A stretch of 64,000 nt of DNA, taken from NCBI GenBank assembly GCA_951406725.2, contig OX597816.1, positions 107,384,001-107,448,000 on the forward strand. The letters are read 5' to 3'. Source of the DNA: Octopus vulgaris (taxonomy: Eukaryota). The stretch's first letter is position 1, and each line of letters begins with the position of its first letter. The notes under the pieces were generated by a model. The model was given only the letters and a program-made list of their open reading frames with translations, was not told the DNA's origin and did no database searches. Both the position numbers and the translations under genes were made by a program. Shown in pieces: positions 1 through 64,000 of this stretch.

Positions 1-559
1 TGTGCGCATGCACTAAAGAGTTCACGGTCAATCTGTACCAAGCGGCTTTACTCTGCGTGCTTTAGCTTCGTTACTATAGCAACAGTCTGGATACTTATCG
101 ATCCGATCACGTAGACTACTATTTCGGTGGCTGATCGCCTTAATGTCTTTTGGTTTATGGCGTTCTGGTTGATTGACTTCCTGGTGATGTCATTTGCTTG
201 TCGAATGTTTCGATCCCTTGTTTTTGATGCAGTTCAATATACGGTTGATTTTCTGCTTATGTTTGTTGTTGTCAGAGGACTTGGTACCTTTTTTTTGTCT
301 GACAGTTGTCCAGCGTTCCATTCGGTTGATTCTCTTAATAAACCACTGGTTTCGGTCGACTCAATGTTTATTTGGTTTTTTCCCCTGAAGGTCTGGTTTT
401 AACCAGAAAACAATCTCATTGATTGATCTTAGGGTAACGTCAGCAACTGGTGCTTGGGAAAGTGTAAGGTGTTATTGTACAGCAGTTTGGAGTTAGGGTT
501 TCGAATCCCTGAGGTAGCCCGTTACTTAAACTTTTGATTTATGCCTGTTGTCTCTGGTC

Positions 560-2700
560 GTTTTACGTGAATAAATTGTTTTTACTCATTCTGGTGTGTT
601 TTTATAGGGTATTCAGTTGTAGTTTATACTTCTTAAAAAACATATTTTCCTCATTTACTCGGAATTGGGCTGAAGCTTTTCCGGTGCATTGATAGAGAGG
701 GAAAAATCTGGTATTTCAGATTTCTGTTTGCGGGTATTGATCTAAGTGTTTACCTATAGGAATTTCTGTGGTTGTTGGGTAACGAATCTGTTGTCTGTGT
801 ACTGTCGGTCTGTCCCTCAAGGTCAAGCTCATTTGCTCATTTGAGAACATAAATTAATTTCCTCGTTGCTCAGGTAAAAGGTTTTTTTTTTTTATGGAGA
901 ATGTTTGACCTGACTTGAATTCATATATTGAACATTCCATTAGGTTGGTGCAGGCCTCGTAGTTAGGGCGGTTACATATTTTGTCTAGTAGGGTTGCATT
1001 TTTGGTGGATGATTTGGCGCTAGTGATTTAGGTCGACTTTTATTTTAAATAATTTTATGTGCTTCGAGTGCTTTTTCAATCGCATGTAGTTCATGAGAAT
1101 GGTTTTATAATTATGGATGATGTTGTATGCTTCTATGTTTCTTGTTTTTTGTGTTGACACGAAAGATAAAGTTTTAAGTGTGTAAGAAGGTTTTCTTGTT
1201 TTTTGTAATTCTTGGATGCCTATTGTTTTTGCACGTTATATTCCATTGTTGATTAAACTGACTGGGTATTATTTTTCTAGCAATATATTATTAAGTTCTT
1301 GGAGTCGTTTTAACCGAATTTCGATATTGGACACAATCATGCAAATTCTTCTTGCCAATATAAAAGGTATATTGATTTTAGTATGCTTTGGATGGCCGGA
1401 AGAAAATTAGTAGGTAATGTTTTGAGTCTGTTGGTTTAAAAGAAATGTAGGTTTCAATGTTCGTATCTCTTTTTGTGATGATTAAAATGTCCAGAAAGAG
1501 CAGTTGCTTTTCATTTTATTCCATTATAAATTGAATACTGTGGTTAATGTTTTTAATCAAGATGTTCAGTTTGATGAGTTGATCAAAATTATGTAACCAT
1601 AGAATGAAACAATCGTGTTTTCAGTTGGCGAGTAAGTATTTTCGGAAGTTATCACCAAATTTTAGCCAGGCATTTTCGTATATTTGGACTTCTAAGTACC
1701 CCATGACAAGATTAGCAAAAGTGGGGGCTACCCTCGTTACCATAGCAGTCCCAGATATATGTCTGTAGATACTGTCGTTGAAGTTGAAAAAATGATTTTG
1801 TTGGATGAATTTTAATCCTTCAATGATAAATCCTTTTCCAGTTCGGTCAGGTATGTCATTTAGAAATTTTTCCAGCCAGAATTGTGTAGCGTCTATTCCG
1901 TATTCAGTGTAATTGCAGCGTAGATATTTATTACAACGAATAAGACATAAACAGATTCCACGCTGGTTTTACTCAGGAAATGGTTTTAAAAGTTTGAAGC
2001 ATTTCTTACGAAACTCAGTATATACTGAAGAATGGGCTTTAGAAGACCGCCAATGAAGTTACTCACTCTGTGTATCTCACAGGATGGAGCCGCCCCAATT
2101 AGAGTCATTTTGAGAGATCTCTGGAATGTAGAATATTAATAACCAATGTGGTTGATCTGCTACTGGCTTCATCATTGTGGAGTTTTGGAAGTCCGTAAAA
2201 GTCTTGGACGAAGATAGTGAGCCGTTTCATTATTTTGGATTGTTGGTACTTGTTAATTTTTTCGTAAAAGGTATTGTCACATAGAAGAGAACGTGTAGTG
2301 TTTATGTATTGTTCCTAGTCCATAATGACTACAGTACTACCTTTTACCATCTTCCTTAATATTTATATTTTGATCATCCTTGAGATCATTAATGATTTAC
2401 CATTCTTCTCGACTTGCATTTGGTTTAAATTTTGGATGTAAGTAGTAAATTGTAGGGGAAATTGGTTACAAAACCACAAAATTTGCCTAGAGTTTGATTC
2501 CTCCCTTTTGTCGGATTGTAGTTGCTTTCATTATGAAACATTGAATGATCATTGATTTCTTTGTCAAATAGTTCTTTTGTAACCGGTAGTTTTTTATAAA
2601 ATTCTGAGACATCATTCTGTATTTCATAGAAAGTTTTGAATTCATTGGAATTTTGGAGTGTACTTTAGTCCTTTCGAGAGAATTTTAATTTGTTGGGTTG
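560..2700 (-). mobile_element. Decayed Penelope-like retroelement (RT plus GIY-YIG endonuclease)
   Basis: Minus-strand translation gives RT segments such as FNFNDSIYRHISGTAMVTRVAPTFANLVMGYLE (about 1690-1790), QLLFLDILI and HTKINIPFILARRICMIVS, plus a GIY-YIG-type C-terminus (TLRDRPTVHRQQIR...KHLDQ, about 740-830). Many stops and frameshifts. Confidence 0.8.
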
Positions 2701-2842
2701 ACAGCATTTTGCCCGACGAGCTAACGATTCTGCCAGCTCGCCGCCTTAATAATAATGATAATCCTTTCTACTAAAGGCACAAGATCTGAAATTTGGTGGG
2801 AGGGGACTAGTCGATTACATCAATACTAGTGTTTCACTGGTA

Positions 2843-2882
<40 letters not shown>

Positions 2883-3420
2883 GTGTAAGCTTTCGATATA
2901 ATTGTAATGTTATACTTTTGGAACTAATAAACTGCAATGTAAAAGGAATAGCGCAAAGTTAGGCGATATGGGAACTAATAATAATAATCCTTTCTACTAA
3001 AGGCACAAAGCCTGAAATTTCAGGGGAAAAGCTGTGTCGATTACACCGACCCCAGTGTTCAACTGGTACTTATTTTATCGACCTCGAAAGAATGAAAAGC
3101 AAAGTCGACCCGGCGGAATTTGAACTCAGAACATAAAGACGGATGAAATGTTGCTAAGCATTTTGCTCGACGAGCTAACGATTCTGCCAGCTCGCCGCCT
3201 TAATAATAATGATAATCCTTTCTACTAAAGGCACAAGATCTGAAATTTGGTGGGAGGAGACTAGTCGATTACATCAATACTAGTGTTTCACTGGTATTTA
3301 ATTTATCGACCCCGAAAGTATGAAAGGCAATGTCGACCTCGGCGAAATTTGTACTCAGAACGTAGCGACGGGCGAAATATCGCTAAGCATTTCGTCCAGT
3401 GTCCCAGCTCGCTGTCTTAC
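2700..3420 (-). mobile_element. Cluster of tRNA-derived SINE family A copies
   Basis: Reverse complement of the ggcggcgagctggcagaa head, B-box gagttcaaattcc and gcctttcatcctttcggggtcgataaa core; 2705-2845 is nearly duplicated at 3160-3300. Confidence 0.8.
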
Positions 3421-3789
3421 ATATACTACTACTACTACTACTACTACTAATAATAATAATAATAATAATAATGCGCCTTTCCTTTTACACTGCAGTTAAG
3501 TGGTTCTAAAATAATATATTATTACAATTGTAGCGAAGCCTAGAATCGAAACCTTTCAGGTTTAGTAAGTAGGATCAGATCACACTTAGATCAAGCAACG
3601 TGCTCTTAATACTATCCAATCAGCTCGTAGAAATATCACCCCATATTATAGATGCTTTTTCTTATTTCCCATTGTGCTGCCCTTTTTACAGAGAACGATC
3701 TTTTTCAAGAATTTCTCACTTCAACATCTTGGTAATATCTCTTCCTACTGACCCGTTTTCTTAAAATTCTCGTAATGGTCTTTGCTTAG

Positions 3790-3990
3790 TAAACGTTCCA
3801 TTATCTAAAGGTTCCCCAACACTGCATTGCCGTCCTCCTTAAGAAGTCATATCAATTCAAAAGACTACAAATTCCCACGGGGATAAATTTCGCAATGTCG
3901 ACCAGCAAAATCTCAGAATCAAACTTTGAGGGTATCTAATTTTTAGGCAGAAGAGCCACGTTTCTATTGCGGTTGATAAACTATACATCA
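3790..3990 (+). mobile_element. Helitron PIF1-helicase C-terminal remnant
   Basis: Frameshifted QFKRLQ-FP...FAMSTSK-SQNQTLRVSNF*AEEPRFYCG resembles the Helitron motif FKRLQFP.RLAFAMTINKSQGQ...EPCFSHGQLYV. Confidence 0.6.
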
Positions 3991-5138
3991 ATTGAAACGT
4001 CTGCTTTCTGTGCAAGACCAGATAATAGATTATATATGCATGCATGCATGCATGCATGCATGCATGTATGTATGTATGTATGTATGTATGTATGTCATTC
4101 AGTTTTATTTCAAGATTTCTTACTAATAGTGAAAGAGCCGGTTTCTAACCTAGATCGAAGTCTCCTTCATTGGAATTTCAACATCAACAGGGTATGTATG
4201 CATACGTGTAGATTTATATGTTTTGTTTTATGTATATCTTCTCATGCATATACTTGCATATCTAAACGTGCTCATATATACGTAAATGATAAACTTGTGG
4301 AAAGTTTTACAGATTTCTACAGTTCCAGTGATGGCTTGGCTCTGTAGTATGTATGTAAAATAGTTAAAATAGCAATATCATCGGTTCTTAAAGAACACCC
4401 ACGTTAAAATGGCGATAAACACTACCTCATAAAACACTTTTCCTTAAATGGATTGCACCTCTCTAGTATTTTCAGCCTTTATGAACCAACCTTCAGGAGT
4501 TCATAATTAACTTCAGCGTATTCCCAAGCCAGGGAAAGTCATACAAAAAACTGGAAAAGTCATAAAAACTTATGGTTCCACAGACAAAATAAACAAAGAT
4601 GTTAATTGAATCACGAGAAATAAATTAAATTTGTCATCGAAAATACTTTCTAAGAATATATATATAAAAAAAAAACGTTATTATTTTTTTTTTACTTCTC
4701 TATTTTATATTTAGTCTCAAGAGTAGCGAAATAAATTAATTTAATAAATTTATCCAAACAAATTATGACGGCAATTTAGTCAAATTTTTAATACAAATTC
4801 ATTAAAAATGCCAAAGCTACAAACGAAAAAAGCTGTTAATTTAATATGCATTTGAACTTAATTAGGGTATAACCTAATTCCCTGCTTAACTATCCGCTAA
4901 AGCAGTAGTGTCAAATTACTACGTTTTGAGTTCAAATTCCACCAATGTCAACAGAATACTTTGTAGTTACTTAAGTCAAACGCTTTATGCTTTGAGAGTC
5001 CAGGTAGGCGTAGTTTATTTGTCTATCTAAAACAAGATGTTATGTAAAAGTTAACTGAGACAAACAACAGGAAACACCTTTGTGCTTTCCCGCGAAAATT
5101 CTATGACAAAGCATAGCACTTGTTAAGGAAATCATCCC

Positions 5139-5592
5139 GAGCTGGCAGACACGTTAGCGCGCCGGGCGAAATGCTTAGCGGGCGGCGAGCTAGCAGAAAC
5201 GTTAGCACGCCGGGCAAAATGCTTAGCGGTATTTCGTCTGCGTTACGTTGTGAGTTCAAATTCCGCCGAGGTCGACTTTGCCTTTCATCCTTTCGGGGTC
5301 GATAAATTAAGTACCAGTTACGAACTGGGGTTGATGTAATCGACTTAATACCTATGTCTGTCCTTGTTTGTTCCCTCTGCGTTTGGCCCCTAGTGGGTAA
5401 TAAAGAAATAGGTATTTCGTCTGCGTTACGTTCTGGGTTCAAATTCCGCCGAGGTCGACTTTGCCTTTCATCCTTTCGGGGTCGATAAATTAAGTACCAG
5501 TTACGCACTGGGGTCGATGTAATCGACTTAATCCCTTTGTCTGTCCTTGTTTGTCCCCTCTATGTTTAGCCCCTTGTGGGTAGTAAAGAAAT
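5139..5592 (+). mobile_element. SINE family A, young, with tandemly repeated head and body
   Basis: Intact CpGs, A/B boxes, body repeated (5230-5410 and 5411-5592). Confidence 0.85.
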
Positions 5593-5979
5593 ATGTAACT
5601 TAATGACAAAGAAAGGAAATCCTTAATCTGTGTTATCCAAAAGAATTAACTACTCTAATGAGTCAGTGTCGTAGCTGCTACCTAGGCGTCCGACCCACTA
5701 AAAGAGAGTCAAATCTACATCAAATTACAACCCTCAAAAAAAGTATGTGGATGTGTTAGGGGGGATGCATTGAATATTGTAATCTTATATACAATAAGTT
5801 TGAAGAAAAAATAAACGACTTGGTGATTACTGTTAAAACCTCATTGATGCGTAGATGTATTAGATCATGGTTGACGTGGCGATGTTAAAAATGAACGACA
5901 GCAGTCGCTAATTAGCTCTAATTGTATAGCAGGGAGAGAAATGAAAACGAAATGGTGAACATATTTTTTTTTCACTGGC

Positions 5980-6620
5980 AAGCTGGCGGAATCTCTAGTA
6001 CGCCGAGCATAACGCTTAGCGGTATTTCGTCTGCCGAAGGCGGCGAGCTGGTAGAATCGTTACCACGCTGGGCGAAATGCTTAGTGGTATTTCGTCTGTC
6101 GCTACGTTCTGAGTTCAAATTCCGCCGAGGTCGACTTTGCCTTTCATCCTTTCGGGGTCGATTAAATAAGTACCAGTTACGCACTGGGGTCGATGTAATC
6201 GACTTAATACCTATGTCTGTCCTTGTTTGTCCCCTCTGTGTTTAGCCCCTTGTGGGTAATAAAGAAATAGGTATTTCGTCTGCCGCTACGTTCTGAGTTC
6301 AAATTCCGCCGAGGTCGACTTTGCCTTTCATCCTTTCGGGGTCGATTAAATAAGTACCAGTTACGCACGGGTCGATATATTCGACTTAATCCGTTTGTTT
6401 GTCCTTGTTTGTCCTCTTTGTGTTTAGCCCCTTGTGGGTAGTAAGGTAGTAAGGAAATAGGTATTTCGTCCGTCTTTACGTTCCGAGTTCGAATTCCCCG
6501 AGGTTGTCTTTGCCTTTCATCCTTTCGAGGATAAAATAACTATCAGTTGAGCATTGGGTTCGATATAATCGACTTACCCATCTCCCTGAAATTGTTGGCC
6601 TTGTACCAGAATTTGAAAAA
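5980..6620 (+). mobile_element. SINE family A multimer
   Basis: Three tandem body repeats, each restarting at ggtatttcgtc. Confidence 0.85.
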
Positions 6621-6999
6621 AATATTTATTGCACAAATTGAATGGAATAGTTACAACCAGGAAACGAAACCTCATTGCTTACTTTGCATATCAGTCATCA
6701 TATATACGTATCGAAGTATGTGTCGACGGATTTATTTTATCAAGAACACATGACATTTACTTCTGAAACTAACAACACCAAAGCTTCTGTGAAGTTTGAT
6801 GTATGTTCCAGACGAGCTCAAAGATATTCAAAAAGATTTACGTTCAGATTTTGGATTCGACCATAACCAGTTGGTGAGAGATAATTACCACCCTGTTGTT
6901 AAATAATAGCTTGCGCACCACTTAATTATATTCTATAAACATAATACGCCTGAGGTTTGCCATTTTGGCTTTGATTTCCACCGCTACAAAGCACACAAG

Positions 7000-60243
<53,244 letters not shown>

Positions 60244-61441
60244 CAGTAATTTTGTTTATATTAAAGATTGTTTTGATTCAACTTGAAAGTCTAAAAAAAT
60301 TTACCATATCAAGAATGCCAGGTAATAATAGAAATTTATTGCATCACCCTTGATAACGAAGAGATGTGAAGAGGAAATAACAAAAAAAAAAAGCTTTTGT
60401 TAAATCATTTCAACCACATTCTTCCAATTATAATGATTATCAAGAAGAAAATAAGATATTTCAGTCTTCCTACTTCTCCAGAAAATATAAGAAATAGTTG
60501 GGGGTGGAGTTGAGTTGGAGAGAGGAGGTGACTTACTGACAAATGATGAAGTATTATTGTTATGATTATTTGTATAATTATAACAGTCATTATTATCTTT
60601 ATGTTAGATAAAATACTTAGCAGTATTTTGTCTGTCATTGTTCTACGTTCAAATTCTGTTGAGTTCGACTTTGCATTTCATTTTTCCAGGGCTGATAAAA
60701 TAAGTACCAGCTGAGCACTGGGGGGTTTGCAGGAGGCCATGTAATTGACTTACCCTCTCCCCTGAAATTACTCACCGTATGCCAAAGTTTGAAATCATTA
60801 TTATAATTATTCTAATTTTTATAATTATTATTCTCATTAGCAGACCAAATAAAATTCTTACCAGCATTTCTTCTGGCTTTACATTCTAAGTTCAGATTTC
60901 AACATGGCTGACATTGCCTTTCATGGTTTCAAGTTTGATAAAATAAGTACCAATTGAGCTCTTGTGTGTGTATGTGTGTGTGAGAGTCAGTCAGTCATTG
61001 TAATCGAATAGATCCTCTACCAAAATTTCTATGGTAGAAAGGATTATTATTATTATAGCAGTTAGAAAATCCCTTGTGGTATTTGTTCTGGATCTTCACT
61101 TTCAAAGTTCAAATCCATTCTGCTGAGGTTGACTTTCCTATTATCTTTCTGGGGCTGATAAATTAAGGTACTGTTAAATGCATTGAGGACAGAATTAGCT
61201 TCAGCATAGAAGATTGTACAAATAAGTATGTCAGCAATTTACCATGTTAAAAAAAAGATAAGACTAGGAACTGCAGGTCTTGAGCAATTGGCTTTCCAAA
61301 ACTGACATATATATTATGTAAGCTGAGACTGGATGCTATGAGTAGTCTGTAGGTTTGTGTCATATTGCACAGTCGGATGGCATACCTCTACTCAACTACC
61401 GAACTCTCACTTCCGAAGGCTCTGGCTCGCTCTACCAAAAC

Positions 61442-62990
61442 TTTCTTTCTTTATTAAAGGCATATAGCCTGAAACAAAGAGGGAACATCACAAAGACAGA
61501 CAACACAAAACGTGGGGTACATAAAACGAATTGATGAAATATGAATGAAATTATTGAATGAAAAATGCAATGGCTTACAAGTTCCATTTTACTGTTCTAA
61601 TAATACATTTATCAGTCTTATATGCATTTTTATAAGTCTCTTATGCATTCCATTAATTCATCAAACTTGATAATGCTTGGTAAAGTCTCATACTGAAAGT
61701 ATAAACCAGTATTTCTTATCTTGTTTCCTAACAATGCCACCAGCCTATCAGCTCCGTCTTTCTCCATCAGTACTACTCTTTCTTCTCGTCCAAACACCTT
61801 ATCTAATCTTATCCTTATTAAATTTTTTATCTTCATTACCTTCTTCTAAATCTCCACATCCTTGTCATACAATATCATCATTTTCAAATGTCGACCAGTT
61901 GGCTGCCTTGTTTGTGTCACGTAATCCTTTATCCTCCTCACTTCCTCTTTCCACTCCTATTTCTCTTCTCTGTCTATTTCTTCTTCCCTGCTTGTTGTTG
62001 GCTCTAGTTCTGGGGTTCGAATTTCCTTGTCACTTTTCTCTGCTACTTTTTTGCTTTGCTCTTTTCCTGCCTTTCTTTTTTATATTTTGGCTTTTTGGTG
62101 GTGACTCCACTCTTGTTCTTTTCCTATCTGCCACTGTTTCTTCCTTTTCCTCTTCCACTACTGCTTCTTCTACCTCTGTCTGGTTTTGCTCTTGTTTATG
62201 GGGACACCTTGCTTGCATGTGTCCCCTACTTCTGCAGTTGTAACATATAGGAGGTTTCCTCTCCACTATGACTCTCAATCAGGTCTCATCAGGGAGCGAC
62301 AGCTCCTCTACTATCTTATGCAAATCTGGCAGGGTTATATGTATCATGACTTCTAGACCATACCCCCACCAGTTGATCTCGTTCGACTTCTCGACCTTTA
62401 TCACCTCCACTTCCTTCTTGCAATTGTAGAGGATGGTTGCCACTAGCCATGCCTCATCTATCTCCGAGGGCACTCTCCCTATCCTAACACTTGCAGCTCT
62501 TTTTCTGCAGTAAGTCAGCAAGAGTTCCCACTTGGCTGTTCTCAAAGGCACAGTGGAGTCCTTTTTGCTTCCTCCTCACTCATGAAGATCATCTCCACTG
62601 TGCCATACTTCCTTCCTCTTTTCATGACGCTGTTCATCAGTTCCTCAGGTGACATCAACATTATCTTGTCGCCTTCCTTTCTCAGTAGATTCTTGCTAGC
62701 CTTCATCTTCCTGGGCTCGACCTTTATTTCATATGTCTCCAGTGCTTCCTCCTCTGCTTGTCTTCCAGTTGCAGCTGCATAGCTGTGGCCGCCTGCTGGT
62801 GCCTTCTCCATTTTCCTCAACGGGAAAATTTAACAATACAAAAATTTAAAAGTGATAACAACGGTATTAATAACAGCAATATCAACAATAAATTCACTTC
62901 TACTCACTAATATAACTCAACTTCGACTTCAAAATTAACACCTGTTAACTACAAAATTCGATACTCAACAACCGACGTCTAGACTTCTCC
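61442..62990 (-). mobile_element. ORF1-only non-LTR element (L1/Tx1-type ORF1 with CCHC knuckle; HAL1-like)
   Basis: Broken ORF 62820 to about 61630 with CYNCRSRGHMQARC zinc knuckle and basic tail; AATAAA and A-rich end at about 61442-61456; no RT in between. Confidence 0.65.
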
Positions 62991-62999
62991 CTCTATATC

Positions 63000-63655
63000 T
63001 ACGTATTGGGCTAGCCTACTTCATCGTCTGGTGGCGTCCACACAACACCTCCCCTTTTGAGTTTTTTAAACCCGAATTTATCTATTTTATTTCCTCGGTG
63101 AGAAACTGGCATATCGTTTTCTCTTAGCGTTAATTTCCACCATTTCTGTAGGTTTTCTCTTCCTGTTCGACCTACGTGTCGGTTCTGCTTTTGCTTGTGG
63201 TTCTGGGATCTGGAACAAATCATACCATAAATCCATTGGTTCTTCTAGCCTCTCTTAGTTTTTGTTATATCTTTTTTTAAAATTGGTTTAAATGCCTTCT
63301 GTGTTTATATTTGGTCCTTTTACCATGTACATCACATTACCCAGACGTCCAGTTATACTTCCTTGTTCCCAGTCCTGTTTTCCGTTACTATATATTTTAA
63401 AATACACTTTGTCACCTGTGTTAAAAAATTTCGTTTTTTTTCCCGAATTTTCTATTTTCTGTTTCCTGCTCGGCAACCATTTGTCAAAATAGAACAAATT
63501 TTTCTAGAAAACATCAAATCTGCGGGTGACCTATCTGCATTTGGATTCGGTGTTATTCTATACACCTGCAAAAACTTTGTCATATTTTTATCTTCAAGGA
63601 TTTCCCATCTGGTCTTCCTTAAGGCTCTCTTGAATGTGTCGACGAATCTTTCTAG
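63000..63655 (-). mobile_element. Gypsy-type LTR retrotransposon remnant: integrase C-terminus, PPT and start of the 3' LTR
   Basis: ERFVDTFKRALRK...FLQVYRITPNP...SPADLMFSRK and F..GDKVY...W.QG.I integrase tail; PPT aaaaggggagg directly followed by TGTTGTG at 63047. Confidence 0.75.
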
Positions 63656-64000
63656 TCGGGTCTCATTGAAGAGCACCAACTCCTCTGCAATATTATGCCA
63701 ATCCGACATGGTTATGTGTATCAAGGCTTCTACACAATAACCCCACCAGTTGATGTCTCTTGACTTTTCTACTTTGATGATTTCCACCTCATCTTTACAG
63801 TTGTATATTATGGCTGCTACCAGCCATTCTACATCCATCTCCGGTGGCACTTTTCCAATCCTTACTCTCGCGGCTCGTCTTCCGCAATAGGTAGGTAAGA
63901 GTGCCCACCAAGTTGTTCTCAAGGCCATAGTGGCATGTCTCTTCGCATCTTCTTCACTTGCAAAACGTACCTCTACAGTACCATGCTTCCTTCCTCTTGT
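63656..64000 (-). mobile_element. Second, diverged copy of the ORF1 element (runs off the window)
   Basis: RIGKVPPEMDVEWLVAAIIYNCKDEVEIIKVEKSRDINWWGY is homologous to 62279-62551. Confidence 0.8.

Noticed and set aside
4130-4195. Hammerhead-like atgaagg...GAAAccgg on the minus strand
   Set aside because: Core positions 3, 8 and 9 and stem I do not fit
4380-4600. Possible minus-strand exon
   Set aside because: Splice-like signals are present, but all frames hit stops and no protein is recognisable
61677-62250. 188-aa hydrophobic + strand ORF
   Set aside because: Antisense of the purine-rich ORF1 element

Overview
Eukaryotic, AT-rich, repeat-dense window. The SINE families and microsatellites look like those of octopod cephalopods (Octopus-like; inferred, not proven). 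Almost all ORFs in the supplied track are repeat artefacts. One real spliced gene spans most of the window on the + strand: 13 short exons (tentative 7000-7008, then 17295 to 60243) with consistent intron phases join into a 933-nt ORF. It encodes a 310-aa seven-transmembrane protein resembling TMEM116 (orphan cAMP-receptor/GPR157-like 7TM group). The rest is transposon debris: a decayed Penelope-like element, two mariners, Helitron, MULE, RTE and CR1/L2 fragments, a probable solo LTR, an ORF1-only non-LTR element next to Gypsy integrase/LTR remnants, many tRNA-SINEs, a SINE-derived tandem array with a 1004-bp higher-order period, and mini- and microsatellites. The most interesting signal is a set of unrelated short palindromic insertions (about 27.9-29.7 kb, 51.4-51.8 kb and 55.45-55.99 kb). 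Each arm carries a minimal type I hammerhead ribozyme motif with a palindromic stem III. Across the families the core 3-8 pair reads U-A, G-C and C-G, one family has a tRNA-like Pol III head, and two have 13-bp target-site duplications. They look like non-autonomous ribozyme retroelements dependent on Penelope-like elements. All motif calls were made by eye; no searches or folding were run.
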